In this document: positions 8,606 through 18,584 of the stretch, piece after piece | Numbering within the stretch: the first letter of the stretch is position 1 | How the letters are laid out: each line of letters opens with the position of its first letter | IMG/VR virus record: IMGVR_UViG_3300030102_006903 | Span: 49,374 to 113,373 of that record | From: a virus | Length of the DNA: 64,000 bases | Direction: 5' to 3' (one strand) | Translations under genes and position numbers: made by a program | The notes under the pieces: generated by a model | Told to the model about the DNA's origin: nothing | Database searches by the model: none | The model's input: only the letters and a program-made list of their open reading frames with translations

Positions 8606-11314
8606 TTAGAATCTGTATTTGAATGAAGCATTCCATGTACGTCCGAATCCGAACCATACTGAATTTCTTGTATCAATACCATTCCATGTTTCTGAAGCTG
8701 CTCCAGCATGGATGTTTGAGTTAGATTCTGCAATGTAGTAAGTATCAAGTAAGTTGTTGATATTTACTCTGAATGAAGCATCATTTCCGAATAAGTTGAA
8801 TCTAAAGGTTGAACCTAAATCAACTAATCCATAAGATGGTAACTTCAATGCACCCGCATTGTCAGGTGCTGTAAATTCTGAATCAGTAATTGAGTAATCT
8901 GCGTAAAGATTATCTACAAATCTATATCCTAAATCTACATTTAACTTGTTTCCAAGTTTATAATCTGCTTCTAAGTAAGAAACGAATTGAGCTGCATCAC
9001 CAACTTTAGCATCTTTTAAGTACAATGTACCTGTTCCGATTTGTTGGTTTTCATCATCAAATAACGCTGCTTCAAAATCTTTAGTATATCTCCAATCACC
9101 GATTGATAACATACCTTTTAATCTTAGTTTAGAATTATAATCATAAGTTGCCTCAACTTCTATACCGTTGTGAACTACATCGATATCCTTGAATTGTGCG
9201 AATCCATCAACACCTTGTTGGTTTGATAAACTTCTTGTAACAAATCTGTTACCCCATACTGTTGAGTATGCGTTTACATTTGCTCTGAAGTTATTTCCAA
9301 TGAATCCATATCCTAATTCAACCGATTTAATTTCCTCATTTTGTAAATCAGGATTAACAGTATTAGCATAGTTAGGGAATACACCATCAAAGTTTGGTTG
9401 TCTTGAGATGAAACCAGCATTGAAGAATACATTATTCTTTTCATCAATGTTATAGTTTGCACCACCTTTTAGATAACCACCACCAACATTCTTAGTATCA
9501 GATATTGGATTACCTGGTTGTCCAAAGTAATCAATTCTTTGGAAAGATTGATTTGATAAACCAGCTTGTAATACAGCAGATAAAGTAGAGTTGTTATATT
9601 CAACTAAACCATTTAAACCTTGCCAACCAACTTTACCAATATTATAGTAAGCGATTTTAGGGCCTCTGATACCTGTATCTTTGAATGGATTTGCTTCAAC
9701 TAATGTATTAATTATTTGTCCTGCAGAGTTATCATTACCAGTTGAGTAATAACCATCTAATCCCATTAGGTGGTTTAATGCTCTATAATGATATCCTTTG
9801 TAGTTTCTTAAATCAATACCGATTGAAGTTTTCCAATTCCCTTTCTCATATTCTAAGTTAGAGATTGCTCCAACCCAGTCATGAGAGTTCATAGAAGCTC
9901 TTCTAATAAGTGCACTTCTGTTAACACCATCAGCATTGAATCCATTTGAACCAATCAATTGACCTGTAAATGGTAAATCACCACTATATGGGTCTGTGTT
10001 TGCTTGGTTATATGCAACTACTGCATCAAAATCAATAAATCCTTCTGGTGTTCTTGAACCTCTACCATTTTCTAAGTAGTGTTCAGTAAGGTCTTTTCTA
10101 AATGGTAAGATATCAGTTTCCGAGTTGTAATAACTTTTACCTCTTGGACCTGTTCCTCCACCTCTACCAGCTGAACCATATAATGATGTAGCTAATTTAA
10201 GGTTAGAATTAATATCCCAATCCCAATTCAGAGTTGCTAATGGTTTGTTGTAGAAGTTTCTTCTCATTGAGAATTCTTCTCCATTTAAAACACCACCATT
10301 TGTATTCCATCTTCTATCAATTCCTTCTGTACCAAAGTTTTGGTAGTCTCTAATAGAAACCCAAACATCTCTTTGGTGGTGCCATTGACCAGCACCTAAG
10401 AAAGAAAAGTTAACTGAGTGCTTAGAATCTTCAGGTGCATATCCTAATGCAAAGAAGTAAGTATAACCCTCACCACTTGTATTATAGATATATCCATCAC
10501 CTTGCCATCTACTTAATAAGAAAGATGAAGCCCAACCATTGTCATTAAGACCTGTTGAGTGAGAAACAGTAGTTTTGAAATACCCATCATTACCAAATGT
10601 TTGAGCAATTGAACTACCACTTCTTGCTTCAGCTGCCTTAGTAAAGATTGATACAGTTCCACCTACTGATGGTACTGCTAATCTTGAAGCACCTAAACCT
10701 CTCTGTAATTGGATTCCACTTGCAACATCAGTAAGACCTTGCCAGTTAGACCAATAAACCCATCCATTTTCCATATCGTTAACTGGTTGCCCATTGATAA
10801 GGAAAGATGTATTTCTTTGGTCGAATCCTCTTAAAGAGATTCTCGAATCACCATATCCACCACCTTGTTTGGTTGCGTAGACACCTGGTGTTCTGTTCAT
10901 TATCTCAGGAAACTCTTGGTTACCTACTTTGAGTGCGATTTCTGATGGTGAAATAGTTGAAACTGCTACAGGTGTTTCTCTCACCTTTGCAATATCAATT
11001 ACACCAGAACTTACAACAACCTCACCAAGTACATTCAAGTCAGGTGTTAAACCTACTTTCGTGTTACCACTTGATTCAATTACTGTGGTTTCGTACCCTA
11101 AGTAAGAAACAACAAGTGTTGTTCCCTCAGATACATCAAGAATAAATGTCCCATCAAAACCTGATATTGTACCATCTTGAGTTCCCTCAATGATGATAGT
11201 AGCACCTGGTAAAGGGTCATTTGTCTCGACATCATAAACTAATCCACTTATTTGGGAAAAGCTTGCTGTTATACTTCCAAATAGGAATAACAGACTTAAC
11301 ATTAAATTTCTCAT
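8606..11314 (-). CDS. TonB-dependent outer-membrane receptor (Bacteroidota type)
   Basis: Signal peptide followed by Gln; CarboxypepD_reg-like N-terminal extension (PLPGATI...FDGTF...SYLGY); plug (PGVY...ISLRG...LINGQP); barrel ending NINNLLD...GRTWNASFKYRF. Confidence 0.93.
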   Translation of the reverse strand: MRNLMLSLLFLFGSITASFSQISGLVYDVETNDPLPGATIIIEGTQDGTISGFDGTFILDVSEGTTLVVSYLGYETTVIESSGNTKVGLTPDLNVLGEVVVSSGVIDIAKVRETPVAVSTISPSEIALKVGNQEFPEIMNRTPGVYATKQGGGYGDSRISLRGFDQRNTSFLINGQPVNDMENGWVYWSNWQGLTDVASGIQLQRGLGASRLAVPSVGGTVSIFTKAAEARSGSSIAQTFGNDGYFKTTVSHSTGLNDNGWASSFLLSRWQGDGYIYNTSGEGYTYFFALGYAPEDSKHSVNFSFLGAGQWHHQRDVWVSIRDYQNFGTEGIDRRWNTNGGVLNGEEFSMRRNFYNKPLATLNWDWDINSNLKLATSLYGSAGRGGGTGPRGKSYYNSETDILPFRKDLTEHYLENGRGSRTPEGFIDFDAVVAYNQANTDPYSGDLPFTGQLIGSNGFNADGVNRSALIRRASMNSHDWVGAISNLEYEKGNWKTSIGIDLRNYKGYHYRALNHLMGLDGYYSTGNDNSAGQIINTLVEANPFKDTGIRGPKIAYYNIGKVGWQGLNGLVEYNNSTLSAVLQAGLSNQSFQRIDYFGQPGNPISDTKNVGGGYLKGGANYNIDEKNNVFFNAGFISRQPNFDGVFPNYANTVNPDLQNEEIKSVELGYGFIGNNFRANVNAYSTVWGNRFVTRSLSNQQGVDGFAQFKDIDVVHNGIEVEATYDYNSKLRLKGMLSIGDWRYTKDFEAALFDDENQQIGTGTLYLKDAKVGDAAQFVSYLEADYKLGNKLNVDLGYRFVDNLYADYSITDSEFTAPDNAGALKLPSYGLVDLGSTFRFNLFGNDASFRVNINNLLDTYYIAESNSNIHAGAASETWNGIDTRNSVWFGFGRTWNASFKYRF

Positions 11315-11401
11315 AAATTAAATTAATTTAAATTAATAATACTATAACTGATTATAGTAACGCTTGAGATACTTGCATACCTCAATATCTTCAATATTTT
11401 T

Positions 11402-11524
11402 CTAATTGGGTTTTTCATTAAAATCTTGGGAATAAAAAGTAATCCTATCAGCAGTGACTGATGGTTCTTCGAAATACGGACTTTTGAAATAACTTGCAAA
11501 ATTTATAATATAAGTTTCACTCAT
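11402..11524 (-). CDS. small ORF (40 aa) upstream of the TonB receptor; the frame continues 19 codons past its TAG
   Basis: MSETYIINFASYFKSPYFEEPSVTADRITFYSQDFNEKPN*, with a late-like motif TACTTATA just upstream. Confidence 0.35.
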   Translation of the reverse strand: MSETYIINFASYFKSPYFEEPSVTADRITFYSQDFNEKPN

Positions 11525-11538
11525 CTTTGTATAAGTAT

Positions 11539-13173
11539 TTAAGGTTTATAAAAAACGAAGATTGGTTCAAATTTATACACTTTCCCGTCATGTTTGACCG
11601 AGTTCTTTATACCACTTTTAGATGGGTCTAACCCAACCATCCTTGTCATCAACATTTTTAACTTACCTTTATATTCACATCCTAACTCATTTAAGATATC
11701 AATTGAATCTTGTTCAAGTGGATAATAGATTGATTTACCTATCTTGATATCAGCAATATTCCATAAAATATACCTATCATTCTTTAGATACTCATAAATC
11801 GTTGTTAGAGTAGGTTTTAAGAAGTTATCTCTCCAATCTTCATATTCACCATATGCTTTAAAAGATTGGTTCTCATCTTGAGAGTATTGTTCTCTGTTAA
11901 AATATGGAGGTGAAGTAAATGCAATATCTAACTTACCTTTATATTTTTGAAATTTTGGATTATTTGAGATTACCTCAGAACCATCTTGAAATAATTCGTA
12001 AGTGTTTCCTTGTTTTTCAACATTAAAAAATGATGTAAGTTTATCTGAGAAATCATCTACACAATTATCATTATAAAACTTAGCAACATATTCGTAACGA
12101 GAAATACCTAATTCATCTAAGAAGTTATCTGGATTAGGGTCTGTACCAACATAGTGAACTTTCTTACGAGAACTCATCGCACCGATGATTCTACCACCCC
12201 AACCACTTGATGAATCGTAAATATGTAATGGTTCATCTGTATCGATGTGGTTAGTATAATTTTCGTAAATCCACTTTGCAGTTAGTGCAGGAAAGTTTAC
12301 TGCAGGTTGTCCACAACTCAATCTAAATACTTGTAATATCTTTGGGAAGATACCAACTGTCTTATCATACCATCTTATTAGGTATTTGTATTTAGTGACT
12401 GTTCCTGCCTCTGAAGTTGTTGAATCAACTATTTCACCAAGATTTGATGTTTGAGTACTATTAAGATAACCAGTCGCAAGTAAACCATTTACTTCTTCTG
12501 AATTTAAATATAAGTTACCAAATCCAACATATTGTTCATTGAATGTTCCATAGTTTTTAAGAGTAGATTCTTTTACTCTCGCTAAAACAATTCCTAAATC
12601 AGAATATTTTCCTTTAAACACTTTACCATCATGAACATCTTTTATAAACTGAACCCCATCTTGTCCATTCCAAAAAGGATTCTCATCTTTTTTATCTACA
12701 AGTGAACGAGACCAAGAATACATAGAATCTCTTTTAACTGCTCGTTTCATAATATTAACGAACTTATCTTCCATACTTGTATCGGAAAAATGGTCATAAA
12801 TAGATAAACCATTATCAGCAGATTTACCAACTGATATTTTTGTTTTTAACATTGTAGGAAAAAACTGATTTACAACTGATGCATCTTTATTAAAGTTTTG
12901 TATTACTCCTAAAGATTCTTCATCACCACTTGTATCTTTTTTCCAATACTTTGCTGGATTAGATTTAAGTTTCTTGAATGATTTTATAATACCCTTTTCA
13001 TTCTTACCAATAACTGGTGGAGTTCCTCTATCATCCCATTGTTCAGTAACCTCCTTACGAAGCAAACGAGCCCATTGAACGAACTCATCATCAGTCATTT
13101 CTAACAACTGATGATAAGTCGTATTGGATTTAAACTCAGAAAATCTGCTTTTTTCGTAAAAGTGTTTACTCAT
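11539..13173 (-). CDS. DNA amino-methyltransferase-like protein (N6-A/N4-C fold)
   Basis: YDSSSGWGGR SAM-binding motif and FTSPPYF catalytic motif. Confidence 0.85.
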   Translation of the reverse strand: MSKHFYEKSRFSEFKSNTTYHQLLEMTDDEFVQWARLLRKEVTEQWDDRGTPPVIGKNEKGIIKSFKKLKSNPAKYWKKDTSGDEESLGVIQNFNKDASVVNQFFPTMLKTKISVGKSADNGLSIYDHFSDTSMEDKFVNIMKRAVKRDSMYSWSRSLVDKKDENPFWNGQDGVQFIKDVHDGKVFKGKYSDLGIVLARVKESTLKNYGTFNEQYVGFGNLYLNSEEVNGLLATGYLNSTQTSNLGEIVDSTTSEAGTVTKYKYLIRWYDKTVGIFPKILQVFRLSCGQPAVNFPALTAKWIYENYTNHIDTDEPLHIYDSSSGWGGRIIGAMSSRKKVHYVGTDPNPDNFLDELGISRYEYVAKFYNDNCVDDFSDKLTSFFNVEKQGNTYELFQDGSEVISNNPKFQKYKGKLDIAFTSPPYFNREQYSQDENQSFKAYGEYEDWRDNFLKPTLTTIYEYLKNDRYILWNIADIKIGKSIYYPLEQDSIDILNELGCEYKGKLKMLMTRMVGLDPSKSGIKNSVKHDGKVYKFEPIFVFYKP

Positions 13174-13892
13174 TATGATTGTATCTCCACTAAATAATAA
13201 TTTGATTCATAGTTATCTACTTCGAATGAAATATGTGCTAATCCTTGAGATGAAATCTTAAGAGTAGCATCTGTTGCTTCTTTATTTGCAACTAGGATTT
13301 CTTTTAAGAAGTTTGCTGAGAATGAGATTGGTTCTACTTTATCTTTTGAACAAGTACAATCAACATCAATGTTAATTCTATTTGTATTGATATTAGAATA
13401 TCCTAAGATAATTTGACCGTTTTCACCATCTTTACAAGTAAATGTAAAGTTATTCTCATCTGCTAAAGCACCTTTTGCTTTGATGAATTTTGAAATAAAG
13501 TTTGAATCTAATTTAATTTCTGAATCAAACTCTGGTAATTGTTTTAAATCAGGTACATTAGGGATAACTGATAAATCAGCTAACATATAGTTTACTGATG
13601 TAGAACCATCTTTGAATTTCAAAGAAACTGCTTTACCATCAATATCGTTGATTGAGAAATCAACATCATTTCCTAATACTGATAACATTTTTGTAAGTTT
13701 TGAAGTATCATATACACCAAAGGTTGCATCTGATGAATCAAACTCTTTCATAGTAACACTACCCAAAACAGATTTATCATCTGAAATGAACGATGTTGTT
13801 AGAGAACCTTCTTTAGATTCCCACTTTACAGATTCTACTAAACCTGCAAGATTGTACTTCGATACGAAGCGATTTAATGATTGTTTTTCCAT
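13173..13892 (-). CDS. sliding clamp (T4 gp45-like)
   Basis: 239 aa PCNA-like pattern (FGVYD..KL...L; LKISSQGLAHISF); adjacent to PolB. Confidence 0.8.
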   Translation of the reverse strand: MEKQSLNRFVSKYNLAGLVESVKWESKEGSLTTSFISDDKSVLGSVTMKEFDSSDATFGVYDTSKLTKMLSVLGNDVDFSINDIDGKAVSLKFKDGSTSVNYMLADLSVIPNVPDLKQLPEFDSEIKLDSNFISKFIKAKGALADENNFTFTCKDGENGQIILGYSNINTNRINIDVDCTCSKDKVEPISFSANFLKEILVANKEATDATLKISSQGLAHISFEVDNYESNYYLVEIQS

Positions 13893-13922
13893 GTTTTTAT
13901 TAAATTATAATTTATAGTTGTA

Positions 13923-13954
13923 CAAATATACGAAAAATTTTTGATATATCCAAA
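13923..13954 (-). promoter_or_regulatory. Bacteroidota-type -33/-7 promoter
   Basis: TTTG-N20-TATATTTG upstream of the sliding clamp. Confidence 0.8.
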
Positions 13955-16471
13955 TTAAAATGTAAAAAATTTCTCTGCTGTTCTTTGTTCACTTACAACA
14001 TCACCCCAACCAATTGCATCATAAAAATCTTGAAGTTTACCTTTTAACTCTCTTTCAAAAATTTTATTGTGGTCAATGTAAGTGTTAATGAATTCATTTA
14101 TTTCTGATGGGTCTTTATAACCTGTAAATGCCAAACCACTTAATCCAAGTGGATTATCTTTTAAATAAACCCATTTTACCTTATCACCATTTTTCATAGG
14201 TTCATATTTGAATGGTGCATCAAAATGTTTCAAACAATCGTTATATGCGATTGCAGCTTTTACATGAGCGGGTGTTCCTTTCATAAATTGAAACAAATTT
14301 CTTTTTCCTTTTGGTAAATACTTTTTAAGATTTTTAACTGCTGAATTCTTTGCAATTACTTTCATATCTTGATTTACCATAGATTTTTTAAAATCTAATA
14401 CTTTATCTGATATTTCTTCTTCTGTTTGTCCTCGTAGAATTGATATAAGAACATCTGCCATGATTTCTTGAAATGCTTTTGGGAATGAACTTCTTTTAAC
14501 ATCCAAACCTTTTACATCTAATTTATCAACAGGTACTCCATTATCTGAAATAATCCATTGAGCATATCTTTTCTTGGCAATCCACAATCCAGCCTTTGCA
14601 ACATATTCCTTTTTGATTTCTAATCTATGTTTATCCTTATCAACATTAAAAATTCTTTTGGAAAGTATATTATAGAAATCATTAAGATAATCTTGCATCT
14701 CTTCTGCTATAACATTAACATACCCAGCGATAGTATCTTGTTCTTCATCTTTCCAATTAGGATATCTTTTATCCATCAGAGGAACTGCAGAAAAGAAAAC
14801 TGAATCAGTATCAATATAAATGTTTGAATCAGCATCTGGTGTATTTAATTCTTTGTTGTACTTAATATTCCCCATATCCGCAGTGGATTTAATCACAGTT
14901 TGACCTGTGGTTGTAACTGCCTCAGCATTATCAACATCATAAAATCTAAATGCAGGTAAACCTAATACACCATACAATGAGTTTAATAAAATCTTTTGAA
15001 CCAATTGTCTTTTATGATAAAACGCATATTTTTCTTTGTTACCTGCTTTACCATATTTTTTCATTGCATTTTTAAAATCTACTCTTTGATTAAACCAAAG
15101 GTTAAGAATATCTGGTATACAACCAACTTTATCAGTTCTATACAATACACCATTTGATGATACTGAAAAATTAGATTGTTCTAAATATTTTTTTAGATTA
15201 TCTCGTGAGATTGTATCTTCACCGATAAAGTAAGTATCTACCTCACCTTTAAGAAATTTATTTGCATCCCAATCTCTAATTTTACCAATCTTTGATTCTG
15301 GTGAAATATTCAAAGTCATAATGATTGATGGATATAGAGAGGTTAAATCCAAATCATATACCCAATCGTATTTACCAACTATTGGTGATTTAACATATGC
15401 ACCAATAAACTTCTCTTCATTGTTATCTCTAATTGCCTGCATCTTTTCCTGTCTATCTGCAGGTTTGTTTGGTGCAACTAAGTTTTTTCTTCTAAGGAAT
15501 GAAAGTAATGCACCTTCAAGATATTTTGATGAATAAACAAAATCTTCATAAGGAACATGTCCTGCATGAGTAATACCTCTACATAAATCAATAAACTGAA
15601 GTTTCTTATCAAATTCAACTACCAACTCAACATCTACTAAGTTATACTCAATAAACTTTTCAATATCTTCTTTAAATAATTGGTCAAGATTTCCTTGATA
15701 TTCAATCTTACCTCTACCTAATTCAATTTGTCCAATGGTATCTAATCGATAATTTGGTAGTTCATTGTAATTAAATTTTTTGTATAATGTTATGTAATCT
15801 AAATAAGATACACCTGCCATGAAATATCTTTTACGATATGGTGAATAGAAACATTGTCCAATTGGTGATAATCTATTCGCTTGTCTCTGTCCCAATAATC
15901 TTTTGATTCTATTGTATAACATTGGTGTATCGAAATAATCAATATTCCAACCTGTAACGATAGATGGATTAATGTATTCATATAATTCCAAATATTTCAT
16001 CAACATATCTCTTTCATCTGCAAAAGGGATTACAATACATTTATCAGTAGTTTTTTCTTCAAGAATACCTTCGTTATCCATAACCAATACCCAATATTGA
16101 TTTGTAGCGGAATCATGTAGTGCAATAGAAGTAATAGCATTCTTTGCTTCTTGTGGGTCTGGTGTTCCACTTTCCATTTCACACTCAATATCGTAAGTAA
16201 GAATAACATGACCAGTTGATGGTTCATCTGAATCTGAGTATAAATCTACTAATGCTCTTGTAGTTTCTGGTACATCTGATTCAAATAAGTTTGCATCATC
16301 TTTACTGAATTTATAAATTTTTGTTAATTTATCTCCATAAATAGAAGTATATTCACCTCTTTTAGCAGGTTCATATGCATATCTAGTATAAGGAAAAGAA
16401 CGATATCCTTGTTTATCATCCCAAAGATGAATTAGATTTTTTTCACGCTGATAATAAATGTTTTGATACAT
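13955..16471 (-). CDS. family B DNA polymerase (T4 gp43-like)
   Basis: Exonuclease motifs YDIE, GWNIDYFD, YNLVD; polymerase motifs DLTSLYPS, KILLNSLYG, YIDTDS, KKRY. Confidence 0.97.
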   Translation of the reverse strand: MYQNIYYQREKNLIHLWDDKQGYRSFPYTRYAYEPAKRGEYTSIYGDKLTKIYKFSKDDANLFESDVPETTRALVDLYSDSDEPSTGHVILTYDIECEMESGTPDPQEAKNAITSIALHDSATNQYWVLVMDNEGILEEKTTDKCIVIPFADERDMLMKYLELYEYINPSIVTGWNIDYFDTPMLYNRIKRLLGQRQANRLSPIGQCFYSPYRKRYFMAGVSYLDYITLYKKFNYNELPNYRLDTIGQIELGRGKIEYQGNLDQLFKEDIEKFIEYNLVDVELVVEFDKKLQFIDLCRGITHAGHVPYEDFVYSSKYLEGALLSFLRRKNLVAPNKPADRQEKMQAIRDNNEEKFIGAYVKSPIVGKYDWVYDLDLTSLYPSIIMTLNISPESKIGKIRDWDANKFLKGEVDTYFIGEDTISRDNLKKYLEQSNFSVSSNGVLYRTDKVGCIPDILNLWFNQRVDFKNAMKKYGKAGNKEKYAFYHKRQLVQKILLNSLYGVLGLPAFRFYDVDNAEAVTTTGQTVIKSTADMGNIKYNKELNTPDADSNIYIDTDSVFFSAVPLMDKRYPNWKDEEQDTIAGYVNVIAEEMQDYLNDFYNILSKRIFNVDKDKHRLEIKKEYVAKAGLWIAKKRYAQWIISDNGVPVDKLDVKGLDVKRSSFPKAFQEIMADVLISILRGQTEEEISDKVLDFKKSMVNQDMKVIAKNSAVKNLKKYLPKGKRNLFQFMKGTPAHVKAAIAYNDCLKHFDAPFKYEPMKNGDKVKWVYLKDNPLGLSGLAFTGYKDPSEINEFINTYIDHNKIFERELKGKLQDFYDAIGWGDVVSEQRTAEKFFTF

Positions 16472-16476
16472 AAGTA

Positions 16477-16508
16477 CAAATATACGAATTATTTTTCAAA
16501 TATCCAAA
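16477..16508 (-). promoter_or_regulatory. Bacteroidota-type -33/-7 promoter
   Basis: TTTG-N20-TATATTTG ending 5 nt before the PolB ATG. Confidence 0.8.
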
Positions 16509-17739
16509 TAGGTTCACAAAAAGTTTTATCTTGATTCTCTTCTGTATTCTTAAGAGTTTCTTCTTTGTATTGATTTTGGTTATGTTCGGTTTGTTTAACA
16601 GTTCCTGCTCCTCCACTATTAGGTCTTTTAGCAAGTTCCATACCTATACAACCTTTATATGTTAATCCTTTTGATTCTAAGAATTCACACATCGGTTGTG
16701 TAATTTCTTTCCAATCTTTTCCACCTCCACCTTTTTCTGAAGTGTAAACATCTGCAATATTAATTGCCATCTTACCACCTTTTTTCATAGTTGGTATAAT
16801 TTTTTCTAATGCTTTATGAAGAAAATATTCATTCCATGCTTGAATAGATTGATATCTAATCCAACTTTGAGTTTCATCATCTCCATATCTTTCTACATTA
16901 AAGTAAGGTGGTGAAGTGAAAACCAAATCAAAATAATCATGATATTCTGAATAATCAAAATCTTCTGCAGGTGATTGATGTAAATCTACCTTTGTTGGGT
17001 TCTCAAAGAAAGAAGTATGTTTTTGATAAAATTCAGCTTGTTGTTTGTATATTGGATGATTTTCTTTTCTTGGGTCGATTCCAACATAATGATTTACTGT
17101 TGAACTAGCACAGGCACCAGATAAACGGTCTCCCCAGCCAGCAGAAAAATCTAACATTTTTTCACTTCCAAAATATTCTGTTAAACATTTAGTGACATTT
17201 GGTTTATGTTGAGATGCTATATATTTACGAAGTGAAATCATTAACCTTAATTCCTTCTTTCCAATTTTATCTAATTTTAAACTATATGCTGCACCCATCA
17301 AAGTAACCATAAATGCTCTTGTTCTCCATGTCCTTGCTGGACCTGGATATCCACTTGAACAGATTGACCATCTGTTTTTTTCTTGCCACCAATTACTAGA
17401 GAGGTTACCTACATTATATCTTTTAAAGAAAAGAGGTTTACCTTCATATGTCAAAGAATATTTAGATTCTCGTGATTGTCTTTGAAACCATTCTTTTCCT
17501 TCAATTAATAATTCATTCCAGCGTATTCCTTTTAATTTAAAGTAATCATCTCTACAATTTTTTTCTGAATATTTTTCTGTCTGATATGGTAGAGGATATG
17601 TCATACACAAATCTGCAAGTTTTTCTTTAACCTCATCCTTCGTGTACATATCTTTTATATTTTGCCACTCTTCCTCATTTATCTCTAAATAAGGTTTCAT
17701 ATCATAAAATTTTTCAAAGTAATCTTCTCCGCCGTGCAT
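16489..17739 (-). CDS. DNA amino-methyltransferase-like protein (paralogue of 11539-13173)
   Basis: LDFSAGWGDR and FTSPPYF motifs; C-terminal EPIWIF. Confidence 0.85.
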   Translation of the reverse strand: MHGGEDYFEKFYDMKPYLEINEEEWQNIKDMYTKDEVKEKLADLCMTYPLPYQTEKYSEKNCRDDYFKLKGIRWNELLIEGKEWFQRQSRESKYSLTYEGKPLFFKRYNVGNLSSNWWQEKNRWSICSSGYPGPARTWRTRAFMVTLMGAAYSLKLDKIGKKELRLMISLRKYIASQHKPNVTKCLTEYFGSEKMLDFSAGWGDRLSGACASSTVNHYVGIDPRKENHPIYKQQAEFYQKHTSFFENPTKVDLHQSPAEDFDYSEYHDYFDLVFTSPPYFNVERYGDDETQSWIRYQSIQAWNEYFLHKALEKIIPTMKKGGKMAINIADVYTSEKGGGGKDWKEITQPMCEFLESKGLTYKGCIGMELAKRPNSGGAGTVKQTEHNQNQYKEETLKNTEENQDKTFCEPIWIFEK

Positions 17740-18584
17740 TATTTTAAGTTTAATGATTTTCTATATGAACCACCAATATTCCAAAATAGAATCTTACCAT
17801 CTAAGTTCTGAATATTATTTTCTAACCACCACCACATTTTTCTTTCCCAAAACTCATTCATATCAAATGGATATTCGGTAACACCATCCATAAAATCATC
17901 GAATGCGTATTCTGATTTATAAATGTTAATATTATTTAAATCACCTGCCTTATTTTGATTTAAAATCTTTTTAGTAGATTCTATTGCTGACATTGTTACT
18001 GTGTGTACTTTTCTTCTATTGTTAAGTAAATCTTTCCAATCTTTATATTGAAGAAATTCTCTAATCAAACCAGATGCTGTTACACCACTTCCAATCGATA
18101 CAACGAGATGGTCAAAATCTTGTTCTTCCAAAACTTCTTTCATTCTATCTTGCATGTAAGAAACATACGAAGGATGATTGAAAGCATACGGTAATTGTTG
18201 CCAACCTTCCTTTTTTGCGATACCACCAAGTTTATTCTCAAGTAATTTCATCATATTTGGTTTCAATGGATTTAGTGTTGCACCATTTCCTTTAATGATT
18301 TCTAATATTTCTGGTGGATATGATTTTGAATTAGGGTAAGATGATATAAACTCAATACCATATTCCTTACACATCTTTGACAATGTCCAACCAGTCCAAC
18401 TTCCATATACTGAAAGATGGGTTAGTGGTTTTGATTTATCAATGTAATCAGATTCTATAATCTTTCTAATACCTTCAATCTTAGCCCATCGTGGATAGTT
18501 TACACCATCCCCAACTAAATCATCTCTTTTGACATGAACTACTTTACCTTTTAATTTATATTCTTCGATTGGTGTTTGTATCAT
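17739..18584 (-). CDS. PLP-dependent fold-type II enzyme (ACC deaminase / D-cysteine desulfhydrase-like)
   Basis: TPI...VKRDDL...K, the VSIGSGVTASG phosphate loop, and ILFWNIG. Confidence 0.8.
   Translation of the reverse strand: MIQTPIEEYKLKGKVVHVKRDDLVGDGVNYPRWAKIEGIRKIIESDYIDKSKPLTHLSVYGSWTGWTLSKMCKEYGIEFISSYPNSKSYPPEILEIIKGNGATLNPLKPNMMKLLENKLGGIAKKEGWQQLPYAFNHPSYVSYMQDRMKEVLEEQDFDHLVVSIGSGVTASGLIREFLQYKDWKDLLNNRRKVHTVTMSAIESTKKILNQNKAGDLNNINIYKSEYAFDDFMDGVTEYPFDMNEFWERKMWWWLENNIQNLDGKILFWNIGGSYRKSLNLK

Noticed and set aside
8606-11314. Host contamination or a prophage boundary at the TonB receptor
   Set aside because: Both flanks are phage genes on the same strand and the gene shares the GATC-avoiding codon pattern; a read-level check is still advisable.
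11315-11538. Cobalamin or TPP riboswitch upstream of the TonB receptor
   Set aside because: The region is AT-rich and I could not see the conserved riboswitch cores; an Rfam scan would settle it.
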